NCBI GenBank assembly: GCA_963699755.1
Contig: CAVOVB010000001.1
Location: forward strand, 896,001-960,000
Length of the DNA: 64,000 nucleotides
From: an uncultured delta proteobacterium
GTDB lineage: Bacteria; Myxococcota_A; Polyangia; Polyangiales; Houyiibacteriaceae
Direction: 5' to 3'
The notes under the pieces were generated by a model. That model saw only the letters and a list, made by a program, of their open reading frames with translations, was not told where the DNA came from and did no database searches. A program made the position numbers and the translations under genes. The first letter of the stretch is position 1. Each line of letters begins with the position of its first letter. Positions 39,861 through 49,887 of the stretch are shown piece after piece.

Positions 39861-40544
39861 TCACTTCAGTCGGTACCCAACGCCGCGCACGGTTTCGACC
39901 TGGCGTCCGACCTCTCCGAGCTTTTCTCGAAGGCGCTTGACGTGTGTGTCGACCGTCCTCGTTTCGAGGGTGCTGCTGTGGCGCCAGACCGCCTCGAGCA
40001 GCCTCTCTCGGCTGCGGACCAATCCGCGGTGCCGAGCCAGATCGACCAGGAGCTTGAACTCCAGCGCAGTCAGCCCAATGACTTGCCCGTCGACCGTGAC
40101 CTCGTGCCCGGGGACGTCGATGCTGAGTCGGTTGATTTGAAGACGATCGGAATGCTGGCCCGCTCGAAGCTGAGAGCGCCGAAGCACGGCTCGGAGGCGG
40201 AGAGCCAGCTCCCGCGGGCTGTAGGGCTTGGCGACGAAGTCGTCGGCGCCGAGCTCGAAGGCGAGCACCCGGTCGACCTCGTCGTGATCGCCGGAGACGA
40301 GGATGACCGGCTTGCTGCGGGTCTCGGGTCGCTCTCGGACTCGTTTGAGGACCTCGGTGGCCCGCATGTCCGCGAGCTGGTCCTCGACGATGAGGCCCGA
40401 AACCCCCTGCTTGCTGAGGAGCCGAATCGCGCTCTCCCCGTCGCGAGCGGCCTCCAGATCGGGTCCGCTGGGCCCGAGGGACTGCCTAAGCGCCGATAAG
40501 AGCGCGCTGTCACCCGCTACGACGCAACGATCTACCGCCATCAT
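39861..40544 (-). CDS. Atypical PhoB-like response regulator (pseudo-receiver)
   Basis: OmpR-type wHTH with TRTVDTHVKRLREKLG identical to the phoB at 48326-49015. The receiver has VAGD for VEDE and LIVEDQLAD for LVLDVMLPD. Confidence 0.85.
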   Translation of the reverse strand: MMAVDRCVVAGDSALLSALRQSLGPSGPDLEAARDGESAIRLLSKQGVSGLIVEDQLADMRATEVLKRVRERPETRSKPVILVSGDHDEVDRVLAFELGADDFVAKPYSPRELALRLRAVLRRSQLRAGQHSDRLQINRLSIDVPGHEVTVDGQVIGLTALEFKLLVDLARHRGLVRSRERLLEAVWRHSSTLETRTVDTHVKRLREKLGEVGRQVETVRGVGYRLK

Positions 40545-40678
40545 CGACGAGAGCTTGAGCAGCCAGCGTGACAGGGCTGCGTCGCAAACGTATCGAGATC
40601 GTGATTCGTCCGTGGCGATCCTGTGTCAAGAGGAGGGACAGAGCGGCGACCGGGAGGTGACGCGGTGTCGTCGCCCGG

Positions 40679-40700
40679 CTGTCACACAGCTGTCACATAG
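40679..40700 (+). promoter_or_regulatory. Pho box upstream of pstS
   Basis: CTGTCAC-ACAG-CTGTCAC-ATAG, an 11-bp-period direct repeat; -10-like CAGAGT 10 bp downstream. Confidence 0.88.
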
Positions 40701-40733
40701 CGGGCCCAGAGTCGGGGCGATGGAGCGAATACA

Positions 40734-41648
40734 TTGAGAAAAGCGTATCAAAATTACTCGGCTGTTCTGTTTCTCGCAGCGGCCCTCGTTGCGTCGTCGT
40801 GCACCTCGGGCAAGAGCCGGGAGGAGGGCGACGGTTCCAAAGATTCGGCTCAGACCCGTCAGGCCTCCACGCTGACGATCAAGGGCTCCGACACGATGGT
40901 GATCCTCGCCCAGAACTGGGCGGAGGCCTTCATGAAAACGAACCCGGGCAAGGTCGTCCAGGTCTCCGGAGGAGGCTCCGGCACCGGGCTAGCAGCGTTG
41001 ATCAACGGCACCGCAGATCTCGCCAACGCGAGCCGGCCCATCAAAGACAAGGAACGCGAGCAGCTCCGCAAGCGTCGCAACGCCGAGGCGCAGGAGTTCC
41101 GGGTCGCTCTGGACTCGCTTGCGGTCTATGTACCAGCGTCCAACAAGATCGAATCGCTCACAACCCCTCAGCTCAAGAGTATCTTCCGCGGCCAGACCAC
41201 AAACTGGAAAGATGTGGGCGGTGAAGACAAACCCATCGTGCTCTATAGCCGAGAGAACAGCTCGGGCACCTATGCGTACTTCAAGGAACACGTTCTCGAG
41301 GACGAAGACTTCGCCGCGACCGCACAAACGCTGCCGGGCACCGCAGCCGTGATCAACGCGGTCAGCAAGGATGCGGGCGGCATCGGCTATGGTGGCATCG
41401 CGTATGCCGAAGGCGTCCGCACGGTGAAGGTCGCGCCGGCCGGCGGTCAGCCCGTCGAGCCCACGATGCAAAACGCCACGAGCGGCAAGTACCCGCTCTC
41501 GCGTTTCCTGAACATCTACAGCGCAGGCGAGCCCAGTGGAATCGCCAAGGAATACCTGGACTTCGTGCTATCCGACGATGGTCAGAAGATTGTGGAAGGC
41601 GTCGGCTACTACCCGCTTCCAAAGGAAGCGACCCCGGCGGCACAGTGA
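40734..41648 (+). CDS. pstS: Phosphate ABC transporter substrate-binding lipoprotein
   Basis: IKGSDTM, SGGGSGTG, ANASR, RENSSGT and YPLSR motifs; TTG start with GGAG RBS. Confidence 0.95.
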   Translation: MRKAYQNYSAVLFLAAALVASSCTSGKSREEGDGSKDSAQTRQASTLTIKGSDTMVILAQNWAEAFMKTNPGKVVQVSGGGSGTGLAALINGTADLANASRPIKDKEREQLRKRRNAEAQEFRVALDSLAVYVPASNKIESLTTPQLKSIFRGQTTNWKDVGGEDKPIVLYSRENSSGTYAYFKEHVLEDEDFAATAQTLPGTAAVINAVSKDAGGIGYGGIAYAEGVRTVKVAPAGGQPVEPTMQNATSGKYPLSRFLNIYSAGEPSGIAKEYLDFVLSDDGQKIVEGVGYYPLPKEATPAAQ

Positions 41649-42685
41649 CCGAGCAGGTGCTCGAAGGAGGCGAACGTACCCGCGTCGCAAAGACCGAGCG
41701 GCGTACCGGCGTTCGCCGGCGGGGCGCAAAGTCCTCGCTGGCAGGCTCGTTTCACACCCCGCTGTGGCACCGCGTCGCAGAGCGCATGATCGCAATTCTC
41801 GCGCTGGCCGCGGTCTTGGCGATCGCGCTCATCTTCATTTTCATCGCGCGTGAAGCAGTCCCAATGTTCTGGGAGGCGGACTTCGCCGAAGAGGTGAATA
41901 TACGGGACCTCTTCTTCGCGAAAGAATGGAGAGGCTACGATGAGCCGGTGTTCATCTGGCAGCCGGTGGGGGAGCCGGCGAAGTTCAACGTGGTGCCGTT
42001 GTTCATCGGGTCACTCAAAGTAACCTTGCTTGCGATGCTGATGAGCGTTCCACTCGGAGTCGGATGCGCGATCTTCATCGCGCTCTATGCGCCTCGCGCC
42101 GTCCGTGAGGTCGTAAAACCAGTGATCGAGCTCTTGGCGGGCATCCCGTCGGTCGTGCTCGGCTTCTTCGCGCTCATGGTGCTTGCGTCCTGGGCGCAGG
42201 CAACCTTTGGGTTTCATTTCCGGTTGAACGCCATCGTCGCCGCGATGGGCCTCGCTCTTACGATCGTGCCGGTGGTCTTCACGATCTCCGAGGACGCGAT
42301 CCAAAGCGTGCCGGGCACCCTGACCGAGGCAGCCCTCGCGCTCGGAGCCCGCAAATATCAGGTCGCGCTGCGGGTCGTGCTCCCCGCGGCGATCCCCGGA
42401 ATCGCTGCCGGCATAGTCCTCGGATTCGGTCGCGCCATCGGGGAAACGATGATCGTGCTCATGGCTTCGGGCAATGCCGCGATCATGGAGCTCTTCGACT
42501 TCAGCACCAGCGTGCGCACGGTCACCGCAACGATCGCGGCAGAGCTCGGTGAAGTCGCACAGGGCGATCCGCATTGGCGGGTGCTCTTCCTGCTCGGCGT
42601 GATGCTCTTCGCTGTGACCTTCGTCCTCAACCTCCTCGGCGACCTATTCATTCAGCGACTGCAAAAGAGGCTGACTGCGTCATGA
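41645..42685 (+). CDS. pstC: Phosphate ABC transporter permease
   Basis: ELLAGIPSVVLGFF and GRAIGETMIVLM motifs. Confidence 0.95.
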   Translation: MTEQVLEGGERTRVAKTERRTGVRRRGAKSSLAGSFHTPLWHRVAERMIAILALAAVLAIALIFIFIAREAVPMFWEADFAEEVNIRDLFFAKEWRGYDEPVFIWQPVGEPAKFNVVPLFIGSLKVTLLAMLMSVPLGVGCAIFIALYAPRAVREVVKPVIELLAGIPSVVLGFFALMVLASWAQATFGFHFRLNAIVAAMGLALTIVPVVFTISEDAIQSVPGTLTEAALALGARKYQVALRVVLPAAIPGIAAGIVLGFGRAIGETMIVLMASGNAAIMELFDFSTSVRTVTATIAAELGEVAQGDPHWRVLFLLGVMLFAVTFVLNLLGDLFIQRLQKRLTAS

Positions 42686-43581
42686 GGCACACGAGCAAAG
42701 ACTGGCTGCTCGCAGGCCTGACCGGACTTTCACTCCTGGTGATCCTCACGCTGCTAGCCGTGCTGCTCGGGCAGATCGTCTGGCACGGAGCACCCGTCAT
42801 CTCTGCCGAGTTCCTGAGCCAGAGCCCGGGCGCCGACATGATCAGCGGCGGAATTTGGCCGGCGATCTACGGCACCGTGTTCATGACCCTCCTGATGACG
42901 ATCGCGGGCGTGCCCGTCGGCATCGCCACCGCGATCTACCTGAGCGAGTACGCATCGGCCCGATCGCGCATCGCCAAGGTCGTGCGCATCGCGGTAAACA
43001 ACCTCGCAGGCGTTCCTTCCATCGTGTTTGGGCTCTTCGGGCTTGGATTTTTCATCATTTTCGTCGGCGGCAGCATCGATGCGCTGCTCTACGATGACTC
43101 GACGCCTGTGTGGGGAAAGCCTTCGATCCTCTGGGCCTCGCTCACCCTCGCGGTGCTGACCCTGCCCGTGGTGATCGTGACGACCGAAGAAGCGCTGAGA
43201 ACGGTGCCTCAGGAGTTCCGTGACGCATCGCTCGCCCTGGGCGCCACTCGCTTCCAGACGGTCTACAAGATCGTCCTCCCCAATGCGAAGGGCGGCATCC
43301 TGACCGGCGTGATCCTCGCGGTGAGCCGTGGCGCGGGCGAAGTTGCTCCTATCATCTTTTGTGGCGCAGCCAACTTTCTTCCCTACCTGCCGACCGACCT
43401 TCGTGACATGTTCATGCACCTCGGTTACCACGTCTACGCCCTCGCGACGCAGTCACCGAACGTCGACGCGGCGAGGCCGACCCTCTTCGGCACGGTGCTC
43501 GTCTTGCTCGTACTCACGTTCTCGCTCAATCTGCTAGCGGTGATTATTCGAGCCCGGTCGCGCGCAGCTCTCCGATCATGA
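42682..43581 (+). CDS. pstA: Phosphate ABC transporter permease
   Basis: [14 protein letters not shown] and SRGAGEVAP motifs; ATGA overlap with pstC. Confidence 0.95.
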   Translation: MRHTSKDWLLAGLTGLSLLVILTLLAVLLGQIVWHGAPVISAEFLSQSPGADMISGGIWPAIYGTVFMTLLMTIAGVPVGIATAIYLSEYASARSRIAKVVRIAVNNLAGVPSIVFGLFGLGFFIIFVGGSIDALLYDDSTPVWGKPSILWASLTLAVLTLPVVIVTTEEALRTVPQEFRDASLALGATRFQTVYKIVLPNAKGGILTGVILAVSRGAGEVAPIIFCGAANFLPYLPTDLRDMFMHLGYHVYALATQSPNVDAARPTLFGTVLVLLVLTFSLNLLAVIIRARSRAALRS

Positions 43582-44369
43582 CCAAGCTCAAAGATGCGGC
43601 CGCCGAAGTCCCGAACGACGTGAAGATGGAGACACGGGAGGTCAACGTCTATTACGGGGACAATCACGCGATTCGGAATGTCGACTTCGACATCGTCGAC
43701 CGGAGCGTAACGGCGCTGATCGGACCTTCGGGCTGCGGCAAGAGCACTTACCTGCGCGCGCTCAACCGGATGAACGACACGATCGACATCTGCCGAGTCG
43801 AGGGCCGTATCTTGCTCGATGGCGAGAACATCTACGACCGAAGCGTCGACCCGGTGGAGGTCCGCCGCAGAGTCGGCATGGTCTTCCAAAAATCGAATCC
43901 GTTCCCGAAGTCGATCTTCGACAACGTGGCCTTCGGCCTTCGAATCGGGGGAGAGAAGGACAAGGACATGATTGCGCAGCGCGTCGAGGAGTCCCTCAAA
44001 GGAGCGGCTCTCTGGGAAGAGGTGAAGGACCGTCTCCAGAGCTCGGCGCTCGGGCTCTCGGGCGGCCAGCAGCAGCGCCTCTGCATCGCGCGCTGTCTGG
44101 CGGTCTGGCCGGAGGTGATTTTGATGGACGAGCCCGCCTCCGCCCTAGACCCCATCGCGACAGCGAAGATCGAGGAGCTCATTCGCGAGCTGCGCGAAGA
44201 TTATACGATTGTGATCGTGACGCACTCGATGCAGCAAGCCGCCCGAGTCAGCGATTTCACGGCATTTTTCTATATGGGAGAGCTCATTGAGCACGGCAAG
44301 ACAGACAAGATGTTCACCCGGCCGACCAGAAAGCGTACCGAGGAGTATATTTCCGGTAGGTTTGGATGA
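43578..44369 (+). CDS. pstB: Phosphate ABC transporter ATPase
   Basis: [28 protein letters not shown] and YISGRFG motifs. Confidence 0.97.
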   Translation: MTKLKDAAAEVPNDVKMETREVNVYYGDNHAIRNVDFDIVDRSVTALIGPSGCGKSTYLRALNRMNDTIDICRVEGRILLDGENIYDRSVDPVEVRRRVGMVFQKSNPFPKSIFDNVAFGLRIGGEKDKDMIAQRVEESLKGAALWEEVKDRLQSSALGLSGGQQQRLCIARCLAVWPEVILMDEPASALDPIATAKIEELIRELREDYTIVIVTHSMQQAARVSDFTAFFYMGELIEHGKTDKMFTRPTRKRTEEYISGRFG

Positions 44370-45067
44370 TGGCCGACTCTAGCCGACCGCTGCGCACTCA
44401 CACCCATCAGGAGTTCGAGGCCGAGTTGCGCAACCTCAAAGATCGGCTCCTCGCGATGGGGGGCCGGTGCGAACAGATGATCAGCAAGGCGGTTCGCGCA
44501 TTCGAGGACCGCGACGTGAGCCTGGCCAACGAGGTCATGATGGCCGACCACCCGATGAACGAGGACGAGGTGGAGGTCGACGACCTCGCGGTGCGCATCC
44601 TGGCGCTGCGGCAGCCGGTCGGCCGCGATCTGCGCTTCGCCGTCGCCGCGGTCAAGGCATCGACCGACCTCGAGCGTATCGGAGACGAGGCCGTCAACAT
44701 TGCGGAGCGCGCGATGGAGATGGAGCCAGCCGACGGTCTGAGCCCGCCCGGCTCCAAGCTTCCCGAAATGGCGCATCGAGCACGCGCCATGCTTCGCGAT
44801 GCACTCAACGCGCTGGTCGAAGAGAACCCGGGCAAGGCGCGCGACGTGTTTGAGCAAGACGACGCAGTCGACGACATCTACGGTGAAGTCATGGGGCTCT
44901 GTCTAGAGTACATGAAGGACGACCCTTCTCATATTCCGGACGGCATGCGGATTTGCAACTGCGCGAAGTACCTCGAACGGATCGCCGATCACGCGACCAA
45001 CATCGCCGAGATGGTGATCTTCATGGTGGATGGCCAAGACGTCCGGCACCGTGCGCACAACGCCTGA
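44366..45067 (+). CDS. phoU: Phosphate signalling protein PhoU
   Basis: [16 protein letters not shown] and [13 protein letters not shown] motifs. Confidence 0.96.
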   Translation: MMADSSRPLRTHTHQEFEAELRNLKDRLLAMGGRCEQMISKAVRAFEDRDVSLANEVMMADHPMNEDEVEVDDLAVRILALRQPVGRDLRFAVAAVKASTDLERIGDEAVNIAERAMEMEPADGLSPPGSKLPEMAHRARAMLRDALNALVEENPGKARDVFEQDDAVDDIYGEVMGLCLEYMKDDPSHIPDGMRICNCAKYLERIADHATNIAEMVIFMVDGQDVRHRAHNA

Positions 45068-45075
45068 AGGCGGCC

Positions 45076-45402
45076 TCAGCGATAGCCGATCGGCGGGTAA
45101 ACTTCGTCAGGCGGCGGGCAGCGGAAAATCTTGCCGGTCACGACCATGGTCATTCCGTCTTCGAGATCGGGGTGCGCCGATTCGAGGAGAATGTGCGTTG
45201 CGCCACGCTCGGCGGCCTGCTCGAGCGCATCTTGGCGAGCATGCTGAGCGTTTCCACCGGCGCCTTCGACCACGCCGAGCTTCTCGCAGCGCGGCTCGGC
45301 GTTCGCCACCCGCACATCCGCCGCGGTTTGGCTGCTCATGGGCTTACAGGCCGCAAACGCAAGGCAAGGCAATACGAGGAAGGCAACGACCAGGCGGCTC
45401 AA
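45076..45402 (-). CDS. Small lipoprotein (DUF4156-like)
   Basis: Lipobox FAAC; CEKLGVV...AAERGATHI...FRCP. The TTG start just after the porin stop is preferred over 45480, which would overlap the porin by 77 nt. Confidence 0.65.
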   Translation of the reverse strand: MSRLVVAFLVLPCLAFAACKPMSSQTAADVRVANAEPRCEKLGVVEGAGGNAQHARQDALEQAAERGATHILLESAHPDLEDGMTMVVTGKIFRCPPPDEVYPPIGYR

Positions 45403-45403
45403 C

Positions 45404-46891
45404 TTAGAGCGAGGCCTGGAGTTGGAGACGGAAGACTGTGGAGCCGTCTCCGAAGGTGTTTTCCCAAAGCTGCGAGACATCGGTCTGAATCTTGAACGGG
45501 TGCCGAGCGAAATAGTAGCTCACCGAGAAGGTGGTTCCGTACTGGTCGGTCAAGCTGGTGGCCCCCCTCTTCGAGTTGGCCTTGATCAGCGCGCCGCGAG
45601 CCGCGAACTCGAAGCGCGTCTTTGGAATTAGATACCCGGCCTGGAGCATCCAGCCAACGCCGTTGCGGGGGTCGGTCGGGAGATCTGGGTCGTAGTCGGG
45701 ATCCATTGGTGCGATGTCGCCCACAGTTCGCTGGCCCGTTCGAAACGCGAATTCGCTGATTGCCGAGAAGCCGCGCGCTTTGAAGATCGCATCCACGTAG
45801 ACGAAATGATAGTCGGCCGAGCCACCGTCTGCGAAGGGTACGCCGACCATGCCACGGTTGCGCTCCGCGTTTTGGAAGAAGGAGTACGTGGCGCCGATCG
45901 AGAGGCGCGGCTTGGTTCGAGCGAAATCGACCTCGCTGTAATCTTCAAAGATCCCCATCGGCAGGTACTCGACACGAGCGAGGTAGACCATCGAGAAGTC
46001 CTTGAACTGCGGGTTGTTGAGCCCGTTCCCGGATGAAAGGCCGAGTACGTAGCGCATCTTGTTCTTCCCGAGGAAGTCTCGGGATCGGATGTCGATGCCC
46101 ATGTCGCGGTCGAGCGAGAACTCGGAGTTGACCTGAGATCGGTCGACCATCTGAAGGTCGCCCGAGGAGATCACCCGCGTCCGGTTCGACGAAATTTTGT
46201 ACTGTCCGACACGAACCTGAATGTCTCGGTTCTTCGTGAAGTCGAGGTAGTAGTCGAGGACGACGTTGTCTTTGCGAAGCGGGTCGATCTCGAGCTTGTA
46301 TTGGTTGTGCTTCCCGAAGGCGTATCCCTGGAACACGAAGCGCGCGCGCCGAAGCCGGAAGTCCTGCAGATTGGCTTCAGGCTCGTCGCCTTCATTGGTC
46401 CCCAGGTTCTCGTCATGGGAGTAGGTGTAGAGTATCTGCACCCGGACTCGAATGCGAAGCTGGAACTTGTCGTCGGCGCTGTTGATTTCGACGCCCTTGC
46501 CCGGCCTGAACTTGATGTCTCCACGATCGACGATGTGGTCTCCCATCATTTCGTCTTCGCCCTTGGGATGGAGGTCTTCGCCCGGGACGTCCCGTCGAAC
46601 CCGTTCTTCGGCCGCCGCCTCCTGGTCGGTTTCGGAGCTCGGGTCGTACTCCCGCCTTTCGGCCTCCGGGGGCGGAGCCACGATGACCGTGGTCCCTTCG
46701 GGCGTCTCGGCCTGCTCGAGCGCCTGCTCGACCGCTTCCTTTTGCTTCGGAGGAAGGTCCTCAAGCATTTCCTCGGTCGAAGTTTCCGGCTCTTTCTCAG
46801 AAACAGGTACGTCTTCGGCCAAGACGGGGCGAGCTAAGCTCAGGGCCAGGAGGGCCAGCGAAGCGTGACAAATGAAGCGGTTGGATGTCAT
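45404..46891 (-). CDS. Phosphate-selective porin, OprO/OprP family
   Basis: Signal peptide; FRLRRAR, VRVGQYK, LQMVDRS and DRDMG motifs; beta-barrel C-terminus; located in the pho cluster. Confidence 0.82.
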   Translation of the reverse strand: MTSNRFICHASLALLALSLARPVLAEDVPVSEKEPETSTEEMLEDLPPKQKEAVEQALEQAETPEGTTVIVAPPPEAERREYDPSSETDQEAAAEERVRRDVPGEDLHPKGEDEMMGDHIVDRGDIKFRPGKGVEINSADDKFQLRIRVRVQILYTYSHDENLGTNEGDEPEANLQDFRLRRARFVFQGYAFGKHNQYKLEIDPLRKDNVVLDYYLDFTKNRDIQVRVGQYKISSNRTRVISSGDLQMVDRSQVNSEFSLDRDMGIDIRSRDFLGKNKMRYVLGLSSGNGLNNPQFKDFSMVYLARVEYLPMGIFEDYSEVDFARTKPRLSIGATYSFFQNAERNRGMVGVPFADGGSADYHFVYVDAIFKARGFSAISEFAFRTGQRTVGDIAPMDPDYDPDLPTDPRNGVGWMLQAGYLIPKTRFEFAARGALIKANSKRGATSLTDQYGTTFSVSYYFARHPFKIQTDVSQLWENTFGDGSTVFRLQLQASL

Positions 46892-46899
46892 TTGCCGGC

Positions 46900-46944
46900 G
46901 TGTTACGCGCCAAATGTGTCAGCTTGGTGACACGGCTGTGTCGC
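46900..46944 (-). promoter_or_regulatory. Triple Pho-box-like repeat and -10 for the porin gene, overlapping the phoR 3' end
   Basis: Minus strand GCGACAC-AGCC-GTGTCAC-CAAG-CTGACAC (11-bp period), then 10 bp, then TAACAC. Confidence 0.7.
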
Positions 46945-48289
46945 TCTTGGGGCTATCCGCACGGGGTATGCTGAGCTGGAATCGGGTCCATCCGTCGCTG
47001 CTATCGACGTTGATCTCACCACCGATCTTGGACACCAAATGCTTCACGATCGATAGCCCGAGGCCCGTGCCGCCGAGCTCGCGGGACCGGCCCGCATCGA
47101 CTCGGTAGAAGCGCTCGAAGACACGAGGAAGGTGCTTGCTGGGAATCCCTGGGCCCGTGTTGGCAACCTCGATGAACACATCTTCCCCTTCCGGGGCAAC
47201 CTCGACCCGCACTTCCCCCCCCGCGGGCGTGTACTTGATCGCATTGTCGACGAGGTTCACCAGCACCTGTTCGAGCGCGCGCTGCTCGGCCAAGACCAGG
47301 GGCGCATCGTCCAGCCCCGAGCAGATGACCTTCAAGCCTTTCGCCTTCGACTGGGAATCGAGCCCTCGAACGACTTGGTCGAGCAGGGCTCCGGCGCCGA
47401 CGGGCTCCAAGTCGAGCTCCAGATCTTCTCCCTCGAAGCGGCTCAGGTCGGCGAGGTCGTCGACCAAGGCCTGCAAACGCCGCGCGTGCCTCAGAATGAC
47501 GTCGAGGAAGCCCTTGGCTGATTCCGGATCATCGATCGCCCCTTCTCGGAGGGTTTCGGCAAAGCCACGAATCGCGGTCAGAGGAGTGCGAAGCTCATGG
47601 CCCGCGTTAGCCACGAAGTCCCGCCGGACCCGATCCGCAGCTCGTTCAGCGGTCACGTCGTGGAAGAGCGCGACGACGCCTTGATGATTCCGAAGCGGGG
47701 AGACCGATGCCCGGAGAACGTGCCGTCCGTTCTTGTCGAGGCGGTCGAGCTCGATCTCGAGCCGGCCCGAAAAGCCTTGCTGTGCGTCCTCGATCGCTCG
47801 GTGAAAGTCCGGGTGGCGAATCGCTTCGACCGCTGTCTTTCCCTCCGGATCGAAGCCCACCAACTCGGACAAAACCTCGTTGCTGAGCGTGATGTGACCC
47901 GTGGCGTCGGTCACCATGACGGCCTCCGCCATGGCGTCGAGGATGGTTCTCAGGCGGTCCTTCCGGCTCAGCTTCTTCTTTTCGGCAGCGGACAGCTGCT
48001 CGGCGAGGGCGTCGAGGGAGCGACCGAGCCTCCCGATGGTACCTGGGCGCCGCAATCGGGCGCGCCGTCCGAAGTCCCGCTCCTGGAGGGCGTCGGCCAG
48101 CTGCTGAAGGCGCCCGAGGTCCTCTGCGTCCCTGCGGGCCACAATCCAGGCGAGCACGGCGGACAAAGCCATGCCCGCAAGCAAGACGAGCCAGCCGGAC
48201 AGTTCCGGGGAGGCTCTGCGCCAAATCCCATACAAGGCGGATAGCATCAGGGCGATGCCCGCCCCAAGCAGCGCGTAACGTCGAATCAC
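46919..48289 (-). CDS. phoR: Phosphate regulon sensor kinase
   Basis: TM-HAMP-PAS; RRDFVANAGHELRTPLT, NLVDNAIKY and FERFYRVDAGRSRELGGTGLGLSIVKH motifs. Confidence 0.92.
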   Translation of the reverse strand: MIRRYALLGAGIALMLSALYGIWRRASPELSGWLVLLAGMALSAVLAWIVARRDAEDLGRLQQLADALQERDFGRRARLRRPGTIGRLGRSLDALAEQLSAAEKKKLSRKDRLRTILDAMAEAVMVTDATGHITLSNEVLSELVGFDPEGKTAVEAIRHPDFHRAIEDAQQGFSGRLEIELDRLDKNGRHVLRASVSPLRNHQGVVALFHDVTAERAADRVRRDFVANAGHELRTPLTAIRGFAETLREGAIDDPESAKGFLDVILRHARRLQALVDDLADLSRFEGEDLELDLEPVGAGALLDQVVRGLDSQSKAKGLKVICSGLDDAPLVLAEQRALEQVLVNLVDNAIKYTPAGGEVRVEVAPEGEDVFIEVANTGPGIPSKHLPRVFERFYRVDAGRSRELGGTGLGLSIVKHLVSKIGGEINVDSSDGWTRFQLSIPRADSPKSDTAVSPS

Positions 48290-48325
48290 GCTTGGACAAT
48301 ACGCGGGCCCGGGCCCTTGACCAAC

Positions 48326-49015
48326 CTAAGACTTGAGCGCCCGGTAGCCGACGCCTCGAACCGTCTCGATCTGAGCGGCGCCCGCGCCGAGCTTCTCCCG
48401 AAGCCTCTTGACGTGCGTGTCGACGGTACGTGTCTCCACGTTGGGGGAGTAGCCCCAAACCCGTTCGAGGAGCGCGTCCCGCGATTGCACGCGCCCGGCT
48501 CGGCTCGCAAGGTCCAGCAGCAGGCGAAACTCGAGCGCGGTCAGCAGGATCTCCTCGCCGTCGACCTCGACCCGGTGGGCCGGCACGTCGATGACGAGAT
48601 TGCCGAGCGCGATCACCTGTGGACCGTCCACTTCGGCGGCGGGAATCGTTCTGCGCAGGATCGCGTCCACGCGCAGCACGAGCTCGCGTGGGCTGAATGG
48701 CTTGAGCACGTAGTCGTCAGCGCCCACCTCGAAGCCGACCACCCGATCGACCTCGTCGGTTCGCGCGGTGAGCATGATCACGGGGAGACGAACCGTTTGA
48801 GCACTGCGTCGTAATCGCCTGCATACCTCGAGGCCCGAGATGTCAGGCAGCATCACGTCGAGCACGAGCAAGTCCGGCTGGCTTCGCTGAATCTCCGCGA
48901 GGGCTGTGCTGCCATCATGGGCAATGCTGACATCATGCCCTGCGCCTCGAAGGTTGAATGCCACCAACTCGGCCAGGTCGGTCTCGTCCTCTACGACTAG
49001 GATTCGCGAACCCAT
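48326..49015 (-). CDS. phoB: Phosphate regulon response regulator
   Basis: Intact receiver (VVEDE, LVLDVMLP, LTA, KPF) plus OmpR wHTH; upstream of phoR. Confidence 0.9.
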   Translation of the reverse strand: MGSRILVVEDETDLAELVAFNLRGAGHDVSIAHDGSTALAEIQRSQPDLLVLDVMLPDISGLEVCRRLRRSAQTVRLPVIMLTARTDEVDRVVGFEVGADDYVLKPFSPRELVLRVDAILRRTIPAAEVDGPQVIALGNLVIDVPAHRVEVDGEEILLTALEFRLLLDLASRAGRVQSRDALLERVWGYSPNVETRTVDTHVKRLREKLGAGAAQIETVRGVGYRALKS

Positions 49016-49045
49016 ACTCAGATGCTAGAAGCCTGCTCAGCTCCT

Positions 49046-49063
49046 GTGACGTCTCCGTGACGG
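49046..49063 (-). promoter_or_regulatory. Pho-box-like repeat upstream of phoB
   Basis: Minus strand CCGTCAC-GGAG-ACGTCAC, 11-bp period. Confidence 0.65.
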
Positions 49064-49208
49064 ACCGGTTCCAAGCGAGCAACCACGAGTCTACGCGTCA
49101 CGGGCCGGATCACAACGCTGATCAGCTCTGAATCAGATGGGATTTCTGCCATCAAACTTAGCATTTGAGCCAGGCTGGAAGGAATGAGAAGGTGGGCGCC
49201 GAGGTGCC

Positions 49209-49883
49209 ATGAGAATACCGCTTGCCAACTTGCTCGCTCGCAACCCTTTGCCCAAGGTCGGCGACCTGATGGCCGAGGTCATCCGGACCAGCGACAAAGT
49301 CCGGGAGTTGATCGAGCTGCTCGCCGCAGGTGATCAGGCCGGCGTCGAGCGCGTCGCCAAGGAGATCAGCGCGCTTGAAGGCAAAGCCGACGACGCGAAG
49401 AACGCGGCCCGGTCGAAGATGCCGGTTCGTCTGTTAATGCCGGTCGATCGGCGGGACGTGCTGAAGCTGATCAGCCAAATCGACGCGATCGCAGATTGTG
49501 CCGAGGACGTGGGCGTGCTTCTGACCATTCGCCCGCTGACGGTGCCCGAGGTCATGAAGCCGATCCTCGAGCTTTTTGTGGATCGGGTCCTCGCGACCAT
49601 CCGAGAGGCAGCAAAGCTCATCGACCTAATCGACGAGCTGGTCGAATCCGGGTTCTCGGGGCCGCCCGCAGAGCAGGTCCTCGAGCAAGCGGCGATTCTC
49701 GGCCGCGCCGAGCACGAGGCGGACAAGATCCAAGATCAGTGCGCCAAGGCCCTGTTCAAGCAAGAGGACGCCATGCCCCCTGCAGCGCTGTTCATGTGGA
49801 CCAAGGTCCTCAACAAGATAGGCGACATGGCCAATCACGCGGAAAACGTAGGGGATCAGTTCAGGCTTTTCGTAGCCGGCTAG
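49209..49883 (+). CDS. DUF47/TIGR00153 PhoU-like Pit accessory protein
   Basis: LEGKADDAK, LMPVDRRD, QIDAIADCAED, EHEADKIQ and IGDMANHAENVGD motifs. Confidence 0.9.
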   Translation: MRIPLANLLARNPLPKVGDLMAEVIRTSDKVRELIELLAAGDQAGVERVAKEISALEGKADDAKNAARSKMPVRLLMPVDRRDVLKLISQIDAIADCAEDVGVLLTIRPLTVPEVMKPILELFVDRVLATIREAAKLIDLIDELVESGFSGPPAEQVLEQAAILGRAEHEADKIQDQCAKALFKQEDAMPPAALFMWTKVLNKIGDMANHAENVGDQFRLFVAG

Positions 49884-49887
49884 GCCC

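Noticed and set aside
40568..40574. Pho box for the atypical regulator operon
   Set aside because: Only a single CTGTCAC half-site is present, with no partner at 11-bp spacing, so direct PhoB control is not shown.
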